Notes: a model not told the origin generated them from the sequence alone. Positions 38,896-48,998 are shown, counted from the stretch's first letter. The stretch is DNA of 64,000 bases from Gammaproteobacteria bacterium (GCA_965116495.1 OZ220696.1:1792001-1856000); one strand, 5' to 3'. Translations and numbers: made by a program.

Positions 38896-40265
38896 AAATT
38901 ATCATTCTGGGAGCAGGCCAGGTCGGCTCGTCCGTAGCCGCCAATCTTTGCAGTGAAGCTAACGATATAACCGTAATCGATCGCGACCCCGCTGTGTTAC
39001 GCAACCTGCAGGAACGGCTTGACCTGCAAACCATAAACGGACCTGCGTCACATCCCTCGGTGCTGGAGCAGGCAGGGGCAAAAGACGCGGACATGATCAT
39101 CGCGGTAACCAATAGTGATGAAACCAACATGGTAGCCTGCCAGGTTGCCTTTACGGTCTTCCATACACCGATGAAAATCGCCCGCGTGCGCAACAACGAG
39201 TACCTGAAAAGCGCGCAACTGTTTGCCCAGGAAGCAATGCCGGTTGACGTCCTGATCAGCCCGGAACAGGTTGTAACCGAATACATCGCCCGCCTGATAA
39301 GCTTTCCGGGGGCACTTCAGGTACTCGATTTTGCCTCCGGCCGCGTACAGATGGTTGCAGTGAAAATAACCGGACTGAGCACGATCATCGGTAAAAGGAT
39401 AGGTGAACTTGCCGCCCATCTGCCGTCCGTGGATTTTCGCATCGTTTCAATCTTTCGCGGCGGACAGGCGATCATTCCCGATGGCGATACGGAAATACAG
39501 GCACACGATGAAGTGTTCGTGATCGGCTCTCCAAAACATATCAAGAACCTGTTGAAATCGATCAAACAAACGGACAAGCCGGTAAAACGCATCATCGTCG
39601 CCAGTGGCGGCAATATCGGCCGGCGCCTGGCGAAACTGCTGGAAAGCAAATACCAGGTCAAGGTTATAGAACTGTCCGTGGAAAAGGCGCGCATAGCCTC
39701 GGAAGAACTGAACAGCGCCATCGTGCTTAACGGTGACGCCACGGACAAGGAGTTGCTCATCGAAGAAAATATAGACGACACCGATGTCTTCTGCGCCCTC
39801 ACCAATGCCGACGAAGCCAATATCATCTCCTGCATGCTGGCGAAGCGCCTGGGCGCGCACAAGGTCATGGCGCTGATCAACCGGGCGGCCTACGTCGACC
39901 TGGTGCAGAGTGATGTTATCGACATCGCCATATCGCCGCAACAGGCTACCATCGGCAGCCTGCTGGCGCACATCCGCAAGGGCGACGTTGTCGTCGTGCA
40001 CTCATTACGGCGCGGTGCGGCGGAAGCCATCGAGGCCATTGCCCACGGCGATAAAACAACCTCCGACGTAGTAGGCAGGTCAATTGAAGAGATACCCCTG
40101 CCGCCCGGCACCAGCATCGGCGCCATAGTCCGTGATGACAATGTAATTATCGCCCATCACGATACGGTGATTGCATCCGAAGACCACGTCATCATTTTGG
40201 TGGGTGACAAGAACCGCGTGCCGGAAGTGGAAAGACTGTTCCAGGTCAAGATTACCTTTCTGTAA
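38892..40265 (+). CDS. trkA: Trk potassium uptake NAD-binding protein
   Basis: MKIIILGAGQVG, two RCK domains, RRGAAEAIEA. Confidence 0.96.
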   Translation: MKIIILGAGQVGSSVAANLCSEANDITVIDRDPAVLRNLQERLDLQTINGPASHPSVLEQAGAKDADMIIAVTNSDETNMVACQVAFTVFHTPMKIARVRNNEYLKSAQLFAQEAMPVDVLISPEQVVTEYIARLISFPGALQVLDFASGRVQMVAVKITGLSTIIGKRIGELAAHLPSVDFRIVSIFRGGQAIIPDGDTEIQAHDEVFVIGSPKHIKNLLKSIKQTDKPVKRIIVASGGNIGRRLAKLLESKYQVKVIELSVEKARIASEELNSAIVLNGDATDKELLIEENIDDTDVFCALTNADEANIISCMLAKRLGAHKVMALINRAAYVDLVQSDVIDIAISPQQATIGSLLAHIRKGDVVVVHSLRRGAAEAIEAIAHGDKTTSDVVGRSIEEIPLPPGTSIGAIVRDDNVIIAHHDTVIASEDHVIILVGDKNRVPEVERLFQVKITFL

Positions 40266-40269
40266 TTCC

Positions 40270-40516
40270 AGCCCGGATTTCTTGCCAGGTGATGCGATGA
40301 CAAATCGGCAGGATAGCCGATTTGCACGGCGACAGCCGCCCGTTGGGTTGCGCCCAGGGATGGGTGCAATGAACACGTGCTCGTTGGCGCAAAAAAGACA
40401 AGCGAGGGCGCATCAAGCGCAGCCTGAATTGATGAAACAATGAGATTATAATCATACCAGAATGACAGCAAACATATATCCAACAACGACAAGCGACCTG
40501 GCAAGAAATTCGGGCT
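40270..40516. mobile_element. MITE-like element, copy 1 (between trkA and trkH)
   Basis: 21-bp terminal inverted repeats AGCCCGGATTTCTTGCCAGGT / ACCTGGCAAGAAATTCGGGCT (20/21); homologous to 47869-48109. Confidence 0.82.
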
Positions 40517-40520
40517 AATT

Positions 40521-41972
40521 ATGCAACTTCTCGTTATCCAGAAAATCCTGGGGCTGCTGCTGATGTTGTTCAGCATCACCATGCTGCCGCCCCTGAGCAT
40601 TGCGCTGTGGTACCAGGATAAGACAGTCAAATTATTTATGCTGTGCTTCATGCTTATACTCCTCATTGGTGCATTCCTGTGGCTGCCGGTGCATAAGGTT
40701 AACAAGGAATTGCGCCTGCGCGACGGCTTCATCGTCGTGGTGTTGTTCTGGGCAGGACTGGGCCTGATCGGCGCCATGCCATTCCTGCTCGCGTCTTATC
40801 CCGACATGTCATTTACCGATTCGTTATTCGAATCCGTTTCCGGTTTGACCACGACCGGCGCAACGGTGATTATAGGCCTTGAACAATTGCCTAAATCCAT
40901 CCTGTTCTACCGGCAGGAGTTGCAATGGCTGGGGGGTATGGGGATTATCGTGTTGGCGGTAGCCATTCTGCCCATGCTGGGCATCGGCGGCATGCAACTG
41001 TACAGGGCGGAAACACCGGGCCCGATCAAAGACTCAAAATTAACGCCCAGGATCACCGAGACGGCCAAGGCCTTGTGGTACATTTACCTGTCCATGACGA
41101 TTGCCTGTGCGGCCATGTACTGGATTGCCGGAATGTCGTTGTTCGACGCCATCAGTCACAGTTTCTCCACGGTGTCGATCGGGGGATTCTCAACCTATGA
41201 CCAGAGTATCGGCTATTTCAACAGTGGGCTGATCAATGCCGTCGCAGTGGTCTTCATGGTGATTGCCGGCATCAACTTCACCCTCCATTTCATCAGTTGG
41301 CGCTCGTTGAGCCTGAACACCTACCGAAGAGACTCCGAGGTAAAGGCTTTCATCAGCGTATTGCTGGTCCTGTGCGTCATTACCTGCATCTACCTGAGCC
41401 TGCGGACAAGCTATGGCGCCAGCCTGGACACGCTCAGTCATGGAATCTTCCAGTCGGTATCCATCGCAACGACGACAGGTTTTACCACCACCAGCTACCA
41501 GGACTGGCCGACGTTTCTTCCCGTACTGCTGATATTTGCCAGTTTCATGGGCGCTTGCGCGGGCTCGACAGGGGGCGGTCTGAAAGTCATGCGGGTATTA
41601 CTCCTGTACAAGCAAGGCAAGAGAGAAACCAAACGCCTGGTCCACCCCAACGCCGTCATCCCGATTAAACTGGGCGGCAAACGTGTCGATGAATCCATTA
41701 TCAACGCCGTATGGGGTTTCTTTGCCGCCTACGTGGCCGTCTTCGCACTGCTGCTGATCCTGCTCATGGCTACCGGGCTGGACCAGATCACGGCATTTTC
41801 CGCAGTGGCGGCCTGTCTCAACAACCTGGGACCCGGCCTGGGCGAGGTCGGCGCCCATTACACCGGCATCAATGACATGTCCAAGTGGCTGTTGTGCCTT
41901 GCCATGCTGCTGGGACGGCTGGAAATCTTCACCTTGCTGGTCCTGTTGACACCGACCTTCTGGCGCAAGTGA
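40521..41972 (+). CDS. trkH: Trk potassium uptake membrane protein
   Basis: FESVSGLTTTGAT, QWLGGMGI, GSTGGGLK, NNLGPGLG, GRLEIFT. Confidence 0.96.
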   Translation: MQLLVIQKILGLLLMLFSITMLPPLSIALWYQDKTVKLFMLCFMLILLIGAFLWLPVHKVNKELRLRDGFIVVVLFWAGLGLIGAMPFLLASYPDMSFTDSLFESVSGLTTTGATVIIGLEQLPKSILFYRQELQWLGGMGIIVLAVAILPMLGIGGMQLYRAETPGPIKDSKLTPRITETAKALWYIYLSMTIACAAMYWIAGMSLFDAISHSFSTVSIGGFSTYDQSIGYFNSGLINAVAVVFMVIAGINFTLHFISWRSLSLNTYRRDSEVKAFISVLLVLCVITCIYLSLRTSYGASLDTLSHGIFQSVSIATTTGFTTTSYQDWPTFLPVLLIFASFMGACAGSTGGGLKVMRVLLLYKQGKRETKRLVHPNAVIPIKLGGKRVDESIINAVWGFFAAYVAVFALLLILLMATGLDQITAFSAVAACLNNLGPGLGEVGAHYTGINDMSKWLLCLAMLLGRLEIFTLLVLLTPTFWRK

Positions 41973-41983
41973 TGAATAATCCT

Positions 41984-42026
41984 GGGGTCAGAGTAAAAAT
42001 TCTGACGAATTTCTTACTCTGACCTC
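41984..42026. repeat. Family A palindrome
   Basis: GGGGTCAGAGTAAAAATT...TTCTTACTCTGACCTC. Confidence 0.85.
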
Positions 42027-42053
42027 GAATATCACCCCGAATATCTGGCGCAG

Positions 42054-42653
42054 ATGATGAGCGATACGGATCAGGTTAAGTGGGATCGGATTTATACAGA
42101 CGGCGCCGGGAAATCCGCCGACCCCTGTCACGTCCTGTCATCCCATGCCCATTTATTGCCTCCTGCCGGAGACGCTCTGGACCTGGCGTGCGGGCGAGGC
42201 GCCAATGCGCTTTACCTGGCCTCCCGGGGTTACGCTACCCGGGCCTGGGATATATCCGCAGTGGCTATTCAACGGCTGGCGGACCTGTCAAGGCAGCGCG
42301 GACTGCCGCTGGCGGCGCAACAACGTGACGTTACAGACGACCCCCCGGAACCGGCGTCGTTCGATATCATAGTCGTCAGCCGTTTCCTGGATCGGGACAT
42401 GGCCCCCGCCATCTGCGCGGCGCTGAGAGAACAGGGACTGCTGTTCTACCAGACCTTTCTCCAGGAGAAAGTATCCGATTTCGGTCCGCGCAACCCCGCA
42501 TACCGTCTGCAGGCCAACGAACTCCTGCACTTGTTCAGCCCCCTGCACCTGATCTACTACCATGAGGAAGGAAGCGTGGGCGATACCGGGCAGGGTTTCA
42601 GGAATGAAGCGATGCTGATTGCGCAAAAACGCAGATATTCGGGGTCAGAGTAA
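42054..42653 (+). CDS. Class I SAM-dependent methyltransferase (TehB-like)
   Basis: ALDLACGRGANA, WDISAVA, FDIIVVSRFLDR. Confidence 0.87.
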   Translation: MMSDTDQVKWDRIYTDGAGKSADPCHVLSSHAHLLPPAGDALDLACGRGANALYLASRGYATRAWDISAVAIQRLADLSRQRGLPLAAQQRDVTDDPPEPASFDIIVVSRFLDRDMAPAICAALREQGLLFYQTFLQEKVSDFGPRNPAYRLQANELLHLFSPLHLIYYHEEGSVGDTGQGFRNEAMLIAQKRRYSGSE

Positions 42654-42683
42654 ATTCATCCCGGATGAATTTACTCTGACCCC
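42641..42683. repeat. Family A palindrome supplying the methyltransferase stop codon
   Basis: GGGGTCAGAGTAAATTCATC-CCG-GATGAATTTACTCTGACCCC; TAA at 42651-42653. Confidence 0.92.
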
Positions 42684-42703
42684 GGGCGTTACAGGTATTA
42701 ATC

Positions 42704-43048
42704 ATGGATACGGCAAAACTCGAAGCGATGCTGGCCGGTGGCGAAGACAATGCCCTGCTGCGCTTCACCCTGGGTAATATACTGTTTCAACAGAAGGATT
42801 ATACAGGGGCTGAACCACACCTGGCCAGGGCCGTTGAACTCGACCCCGGTTATTCCGCAGCATGGAAAATATACGGCCGTACCCTGGGCGCCGCCGGGAA
42901 ACTTCCCGAGGCGCTCAGCGCGCTCAATCAGGGCATAGCGGTTGCTACGCAACGCGGCGACATCCAGGCGGTAAAAGAGATGAGTGTTTTTCTGCGCCGG
43001 TTTGAAAAGCAATCCGTTAAAGATTCATCCGCAGATGACGCAGATTAA
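42704..43048 (+). CDS. Small TPR protein
   Basis: DNALLRFTLG, AVELDPGYSAAWK, GDIQAVKEM.VFLRR. Confidence 0.82.
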   Translation: MDTAKLEAMLAGGEDNALLRFTLGNILFQQKDYTGAEPHLARAVELDPGYSAAWKIYGRTLGAAGKLPEALSALNQGIAVATQRGDIQAVKEMSVFLRRFEKQSVKDSSADDAD

Positions 43049-43254
43049 CGCAGATGTTTTATTACAAATCCACTGGTGACACAGATAAGATATTTACGCC
43101 AGGCCGGGGACAGATTTGTGGACGTCCGAAGGACGCCCACAGGGTGTATGCCAGGGAAGGCGCACATTAAATGACTTTCCGGGGCAGGCTTCAACGACAC
43201 CCTGATATTATCTGCATCCATCTGCGTCATCTGCGGATAGATCATTTGCGGATA
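43027..43254. repeat. Inverted pair of family C repeats (ATCCGCAGATGACGCAGAT) around a nested hairpin module
   Basis: Forward copy 43027-43055; reverse copy 43210-43238 plus a partial at 43243-43254; GGGGACAGATTTG module at 43106. Confidence 0.82.
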
Positions 43255-43256
43255 TA

Positions 43257-44207
43257 TCAGGTCTTAATCTTCAAAGTTCCTACCAGTTCCGCGACGTTGC
43301 CGATCCCGCGCTCATCCAGGTATTGCACGATACCGGTATTGATCGTTTTACATACCAGAGGGTCATAAAACAGTGCGGTACCGATACCTACGGCACTTGC
43401 GCCTGCCAGGATAAATTCCAGGGCGTCGTTTGCCGACGCGATCCCGCCCTGGCCGATTATCGGTATATTCTTCTCCCTGCATACCTGGTAGACCTGCCAG
43501 GTCTTGAGCAGCGCAATGGGTTTGATGGCCGGGCCGGATAATCCACCCTGGTTGGTGCCGATAACCGGTTCACCCCTGTCCAGGTCGACAGCCATACCCG
43601 TGACGGTGTTGATCACTGCCAGGGCATCACTGCCGGCGGCAATGCACCGGCGCGCATTCTCCACGATATCCGTCTGGTTCGGTGACAGTTTGGTGATTAT
43701 CGGTTTATCGGTCTCGCGCCGGCACGCTGCTACAACTTGCGCCGACATCTCCGGGTAATTGCCGAAACTGACGCCGCCTTCCTTGATATTCGGGCAGGAA
43801 ATATTCACCTCTATGGCATCGATGGGCGAGTCATTGAAAATCCGGGTTACTGCCGCGTATTCATCAACCGTGGAGCCGCATACATTGGCGATGAACCGGG
43901 TCTCGGAAAAATCCAGTTCCGGCAGGTATTTATCTACTACCTTCCTCGCGCCGGGATTTTGCAGTCCGATGGAATTCAACATACCCATCCAGGTTTCCGC
44001 AACACGGTGCGGGGGGTTGCCGAGGCGCGGCTCCAGCGTCGTTCCTTTCAGGCAGATGGCGCCGGCATCCCGGTTGGAAAACCCTTTAACCCGGGTATAT
44101 TCCTCGCCAAAACCGACACAGCCGGACAGTAAAACCAGCGGTGTGTTAAACTGCATCCCGCAGAAATCGGCCTTCAGTTTTTCACTGCCTGCAGATCCGT
44201 CACTCAT
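43257..44207 (-). CDS. pyrD: Dihydroorotate dehydrogenase, family 1
   Basis: GNPPHRVAET, NSIGLQNPG, EVNISCPN, KLSPN, GGLSGPAIKPIAL. Confidence 0.92.
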   Translation of the reverse strand: MSDGSAGSEKLKADFCGMQFNTPLVLLSGCVGFGEEYTRVKGFSNRDAGAICLKGTTLEPRLGNPPHRVAETWMGMLNSIGLQNPGARKVVDKYLPELDFSETRFIANVCGSTVDEYAAVTRIFNDSPIDAIEVNISCPNIKEGGVSFGNYPEMSAQVVAACRRETDKPIITKLSPNQTDIVENARRCIAAGSDALAVINTVTGMAVDLDRGEPVIGTNQGGLSGPAIKPIALLKTWQVYQVCREKNIPIIGQGGIASANDALEFILAGASAVGIGTALFYDPLVCKTINTGIVQYLDERGIGNVAELVGTLKIKT

Positions 44208-44312
44208 TCTCAGGTAAATCTTGTATAATCATTATGCGTATTTTAACCCAAAAATTGCGTAATCCCGTAGCAGTCTGAAACTGAACATTATTAACTTCCT
44301 TCCGGATCAGAA

Positions 44313-45419
44313 ATGCCGCCAAGCAACAGCCATGCATTCGTAGAATTCTCCAGGGTCAGCAAGAGCTATGACGGGCAGACATTTTCAGTCCATGACTTCA
44401 GTCTGAGCGTTGACCGCGGCGAATTCGTTACCCTGCTCGGACCATCCGGGTCGGGCAAGACCACCTGCCTGAAGATGCTGGCCGGCTTTGAGGAACCCAG
44501 CAGCGGCGAAATCTGGCTGAATGACCGTCCCGTCAACCAGGTCAAGGCCTGGAAGAGAAACATCGGCGTCGTGTTTCAGCATTATGCCCTGTTCCCCCAC
44601 ATGACGATCGCTGAAAACCTCGCGTTCCCGTTGCAGGCGCGGCGCATCGCCAGGGACGAGATCGAACACAGCGTGATGCGGGCGCTGGACATGGTGCAGT
44701 TGCAGGACTTTGCCGCACGCCGCCCCGCACAATTGTCGGGCGGCCAGCAACAACGGGTTGCGATTGCCCGCGCCCTGGTATTTGAACCGGACCTGATACT
44801 GATGGACGAACCCCTGGGCGCCCTGGACCGGCGCCTGCGGGAAGAAATGCAGTACGAGATCCGGCGCCTGCAGCAACGCCTGGAAGTGACTATGATCTAC
44901 GTGACCCACGACCAGAATGAGGCCATGGTATTATCGGATCGGGTCGCGGTGATGGAACAGGGCCGAATCTGCCAGGTGGCTTCGCCGGAGGCCCTGTACG
45001 AGGAACCGCAGCGCCTGTTCGTGGCCAATTTTATCGGCGAGAACAATCAGGTGGAGGGGCGCATGGTGAACTGGAGCCCCGATGAGTGTGTGGTGGTGGT
45101 GGCCGGTCAAACTGTCAGGGCATTCCCTGTGGCCGTTGCCGAAAACGACGCGCAGACCTGTCTTACCATCCGTCCGGAAAGAGTGGCGCTGAACCCTACA
45201 CCAGACCTTTACCCCAATTGCTTTGAAGCAGAGGTGGAAGACATTATTTTCATGGGCGATCACCTGCGCATTCATGCGGTGCTGTTTGGCGGCAGCCAGT
45301 TTATCGTCAAGATCCCCAATATCATCGGTCATGGCGGAATCCTGCCGGGAGATACGGTTACACTGGGTTGGCTGGTCACCGATTGCCGGGCGCTGGACCT
45401 CAGTCAAATGGAGCCATAA
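44313..45419 (+). CDS. Polyamine-type ABC transporter ATPase (PotA-like)
   Basis: GPSGSGKT, LSGGQQQRVA, MDEPLGALD, TOBE-like C-terminus. Confidence 0.9.
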   Translation: MPPSNSHAFVEFSRVSKSYDGQTFSVHDFSLSVDRGEFVTLLGPSGSGKTTCLKMLAGFEEPSSGEIWLNDRPVNQVKAWKRNIGVVFQHYALFPHMTIAENLAFPLQARRIARDEIEHSVMRALDMVQLQDFAARRPAQLSGGQQQRVAIARALVFEPDLILMDEPLGALDRRLREEMQYEIRRLQQRLEVTMIYVTHDQNEAMVLSDRVAVMEQGRICQVASPEALYEEPQRLFVANFIGENNQVEGRMVNWSPDECVVVVAGQTVRAFPVAVAENDAQTCLTIRPERVALNPTPDLYPNCFEAEVEDIIFMGDHLRIHAVLFGGSQFIVKIPNIIGHGGILPGDTVTLGWLVTDCRALDLSQMEP

Positions 45420-45473
45420 CCGTTACCGACCGGACTATAGTTTCGATATGAATAACAAACGGAGAAAACCATC

Positions 45474-46583
45474 ATGAAACCCATTAAGGCACTGACCACG
45501 TTGCGCTTCCTGCTGACAGGTATGGCCTGGGCCCTGACCCTGCCTGCCGGATCGCTTAGCGCGGAGGAACAATTCATTACCGTCGTATCCTGGGGCGGTT
45601 CCTATGCCAGGAGTTCCGTCAAGGCCTATCAGGAGCGCTTTATCGAGGAAACCGGCATCCGTATCAAGCTGGATGAATATAACGGCGGCCTCGCCCAGGT
45701 CAGGGCGCAGGCAGAAACCGGCAACGTGACCTGGGACGTGGTCGACATGGAGGCCGGTGATGCGCTGCTGGGTTGTGATGAGGGACTGCTGGAAACAATC
45801 GACTATGGAACCCTCACTCCGGCGCCGGACGGTACCCCTGCGACTGAGGATTTCCTTGATGTCTATAACGTGGAATGCGGTGCGAAAAACCTCGTCTACA
45901 GCACGGTGTACGCTTATAACGACACCCGGTTCCCCGGCAGCAAGCCGGCGACCATGGCTGACTTCTTCGACCTTGATAAATTTCCGGGACGCCGGGGGAT
46001 GCGCCGGGCGCCCAACGCCAACCTGGAATTTGCCTTGGTGGCAGACGGCGTACCGGCCGACCAGGTGTATGAAGTGCTGTCCACTGAGGAAGGTATTGCC
46101 CGTGCGCTGCGTAAACTGGACACAATCAAGAGTCAGGTCGTCTGGTGGGAGGCCGGCGCGCAGCCACCGCAGATGCTGGCCGACGGCGAGGTCGTCATGA
46201 GCACGGCCTTCAACGGACGTATTTTCAACGCCTGGGCCCTGGAAAATCAACCCCTGGTTATCGTCTGGGACGGCCAGTTGCTGGCGTTCGGCTACCAGGT
46301 CATTGTTGCCGGCACACCCAAGCTGGACCTGGCCCGGCAGTTTGTCGCGTTCGCCACCAGTACCGAGTCCCTGGCCAACCTGACCAGGTATATCTCCTAT
46401 GGTCCCCTGCGCCATTCATCCCTGGCGCTGGTGGACAAGCACCTGGAGACGGGTATCAAGATGGGACCGCACCTGCCCAATGCGCCGCAGAACATGTCCA
46501 ACGCAGTGCTGGAAGACCCGGAATGGTGGGCCGACAATCAGGACGAGATGAACGAACGCTTTGCTGCCTGGTTGACAAGATAA
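45474..46583 (+). CDS. Polyamine-type ABC substrate-binding protein (PotD/PotF-like)
   Basis: Signal peptide, VVSWGGSY, WDVVD, FDLDKFPGRR, NGRI. Confidence 0.87.
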   Translation: MKPIKALTTLRFLLTGMAWALTLPAGSLSAEEQFITVVSWGGSYARSSVKAYQERFIEETGIRIKLDEYNGGLAQVRAQAETGNVTWDVVDMEAGDALLGCDEGLLETIDYGTLTPAPDGTPATEDFLDVYNVECGAKNLVYSTVYAYNDTRFPGSKPATMADFFDLDKFPGRRGMRRAPNANLEFALVADGVPADQVYEVLSTEEGIARALRKLDTIKSQVVWWEAGAQPPQMLADGEVVMSTAFNGRIFNAWALENQPLVIVWDGQLLAFGYQVIVAGTPKLDLARQFVAFATSTESLANLTRYISYGPLRHSSLALVDKHLETGIKMGPHLPNAPQNMSNAVLEDPEWWADNQDEMNERFAAWLTR

Positions 46584-46612
46584 ATCCGCAGATGACGCGG
46601 ATTAACGCAGAT
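46584..46612 (+). repeat. Family C repeat
   Basis: ATCCGCAGATGACGCGGATTAACGCAGAT fills almost the whole gap between two ABC genes. Confidence 0.87.
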
Positions 46613-46614
46613 GT

Positions 46615-47826
46615 ATGACCCCTTGTGTAGCAAAGATGGCGGGTAATGCCCGTGTCGGCGCCATGCTGCTGGCGCTGCCGCTGACGCTGTTCATCATCGT
46701 GACCTTTGTTGCGCCCCTGGGCAGCATGTTTTTACGCAGCTTGTACGATCCGCTGGTCGCCGAAATCATGCCCGAAACCATCGCTGCGCTGGGGGAATGG
46801 GACAGGACGGGCCTGCCATCGGAGCAGGTTTACGCACTGGCAGCCCGGGAACTTGTACAGGCGCGGACTGAGAAGACCATCGGCAAACTTGCAACCCGGC
46901 TGAACCGGGACGCGTCCGGGCTGCGCAGTGTGATCGTGCGGACCGGCAGAGGGTTGCAGCGCAAGGGGGAATCTCCCTGGTCCGAAGCCCTGCCGGACAT
47001 ACACCCGGCCTGGGGAGAACCGGAGATCTGGCAGACACTGGTGCGGACCGGCGCGCGGGTGACGCCCGTCTATTACCTGAATGCCATGGACCTGACGCTG
47101 GCCGGCGACGGCGGGATTGCCCGGCAACCGGAGCAGCGCCGTATCTATACGGCCCTTTTCATCAAGACCATCCGGGTCAGCCTGACCATCACCCTGCTGT
47201 GCCTGGTGATTGGCTACCCGGTCGCTTACCTCATTGCCCACTCTCCGCCCCGGCGGGGCCGCCTGCTGCTGGTGCTGGTGCTGGTGCCGTTCTGGACCTC
47301 GCTGCTGGTACGGACCACGTCCTGGATCGTGCTGTTGCAGCAACAGGGCGTGATCAACGACCTACTGGTCTGGTTAGGACTGGTCGCCGACGATCAAAGA
47401 CTGACACTGGTACACAACATGACCGGTACACTGGTAGCCATGACGCATGTGCTGCTGCCCTTCATGATCCTGCCGCTCTATTCAGTGATGAGAGGCATTC
47501 CCGCGGTACAGATGCAGGCCGCCGCGTCGTTGGGGGCCAGTTGGCCCAGGGCCTTCCGCCAGGTTTACCTGCCGCAGTCCCTGCCGGGCGTCGGCGCCGG
47601 CTGCCTGCTGGTATTCATCCTTGCCATCGGCTACTACATCACCCCGGCACTGGTAGGAGGGCAGAGCGGCCAGCTGATCTCCAATTTTATCGCCTATCAT
47701 ATACAGACCTCGCTGAACTGGGGGCTGGCCGCTGCGCTGGGGTGTGTCCTGTTTGTCGCCGTGCTGCTGTTGTTCCTGGTCTACGACCGCGTACTGGGCC
47801 TGGACCGGATGAGATTGGGGGCGTGA
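46615..47826 (+). CDS. ABC permease (PotB-like)
   Basis: PFWTSLLVRTTSW, LLPFMILPLY, AASLGA, YITPALVGG. Confidence 0.9.
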   Translation: MTPCVAKMAGNARVGAMLLALPLTLFIIVTFVAPLGSMFLRSLYDPLVAEIMPETIAALGEWDRTGLPSEQVYALAARELVQARTEKTIGKLATRLNRDASGLRSVIVRTGRGLQRKGESPWSEALPDIHPAWGEPEIWQTLVRTGARVTPVYYLNAMDLTLAGDGGIARQPEQRRIYTALFIKTIRVSLTITLLCLVIGYPVAYLIAHSPPRRGRLLLVLVLVPFWTSLLVRTTSWIVLLQQQGVINDLLVWLGLVADDQRLTLVHNMTGTLVAMTHVLLPFMILPLYSVMRGIPAVQMQAAASLGASWPRAFRQVYLPQSLPGVGAGCLLVFILAIGYYITPALVGGQSGQLISNFIAYHIQTSLNWGLAAALGCVLFVAVLLLFLVYDRVLGLDRMRLGA

Positions 47827-47868
47827 CCGGGCAAACCGGCAGGCATGGCGGCAATGCGGATTGGTCCC

Positions 47869-48109
47869 AGCCTGCATTTCTTATCGGGGAATGCGATGAT
47901 TGCGCCGGATTTTTGCCGCCAGCGGGTGCCTGTGACCGAAAGCATAGTGGTTCTTCTGGTTGAGGGAGCACGTGCCCGCTGGCGGCAAAAAGACAAGCAA
48001 GGGCGCATCAAGCGCAGTCTGAAATATTGATATAGTGAGAAGATTACCATGTCATTGGCAGCAGATATGTTTCCAGTAGCAACAAGCGACCTGATGGGAA
48101 ATGCAGGCT
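47869..48109. mobile_element. MITE-like element, copy 2 (between the two ABC permease genes)
   Basis: Ends AGCCTGCATTTC / GAAATGCAGGCT (12/12). Shares AAAAAGACAAGCRAGGGCGCATCAAGCGCAG and ACAAGCGACCTG with copy 1. Confidence 0.82.
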
Positions 48110-48904
48110 AATCATTGGGCGTTACGTATATTCTGCGGCCTGGCGTTCCTGTTCCTGATCGCGCCGATCCTGGTTATTATTCCCCTGTCCTTTAACGCAG
48201 AACCCTATTTTACCTTTACCAGGGGCATGCTGGAATTGAACCCGGATGCTTATTCCCTGCGCTGGTATGAACAGGTTATCTTCGGTGAGCAATGGCGGAC
48301 CGCCGCGCTGAACACGGTCATCATCGGTTTTTCAGCAGCCGTCCTGGCGACGGTCCTGGGTACACTGGCAGCACTGGGCCTGTCCAGCCCGGCGCTACCC
48401 TGGCGCCGCCCTCTCACCGCGCTGCTGATTTCTCCCCTCATCGTACCCATTGTCATTACTGCCGCCGGCATGTTCTTCTTCTATTCCAGCCTGAACCTGA
48501 CACAGACCTACACCGCACTGATCCTGTCTCACGCGATCCTGGGGGCGCCGTTCGTGGTGATCACGGTGACTGCGTCCATGGCCGGTTTCAACCGCGAACT
48601 CCTGCTGGCGGCAACCAGTCTCGGCGCCGGACCGGCGTACAGCTTCTTCAGGGTGCAGCTACCTATTATCAGCCCGGGCGTCATCTCCGGCGCCCTGTTT
48701 GCTTTTGCCGCGTCACTTGACGAAGTGGTGATCGTACTGTTCATGGGTGGTATTGAGCAGCGTACCATTCCGCGGGAGATGTGGTCCGGCATACGCGAGG
48801 AGATCAGTCCGGCCATCCTGGCTGCCGCGACTTTCCTGATCCTGATTGCCGTACTGCTGCTGGTTGCCGTAGAACTGCTGCAACGTTCTTCTGACAGAAA
48901 ATAA
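48101..48904 (+). CDS. ABC permease (PotC-like)
   Basis: PILVIIPLSFN, SLRWY, AATSLGA, SLDEVV; the ATG lies inside the MITE terminal repeat. Confidence 0.9.
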   Translation: MQANHWALRIFCGLAFLFLIAPILVIIPLSFNAEPYFTFTRGMLELNPDAYSLRWYEQVIFGEQWRTAALNTVIIGFSAAVLATVLGTLAALGLSSPALPWRRPLTALLISPLIVPIVITAAGMFFFYSSLNLTQTYTALILSHAILGAPFVVITVTASMAGFNRELLLAATSLGAGPAYSFFRVQLPIISPGVISGALFAFAASLDEVVIVLFMGGIEQRTIPREMWSGIREEISPAILAAATFLILIAVLLLVAVELLQRSSDRK

Positions 48905-48962
48905 CGGAGCTGACCCCCACTGACCATCATGCCGGAGCAGGCTCCGGCGGCTTTTTGACTCT

Positions 48963-48990
48963 CTGGATTCCGGCTTTCGCCAGAATGACG
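48963..48990. repeat. Family D REP-like palindrome
   Basis: CTGGATTCCGGCTTTCGCCAGAATGACG between convergent genes. Confidence 0.82.
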
Positions 48991-48998
48991 AACGGTTA

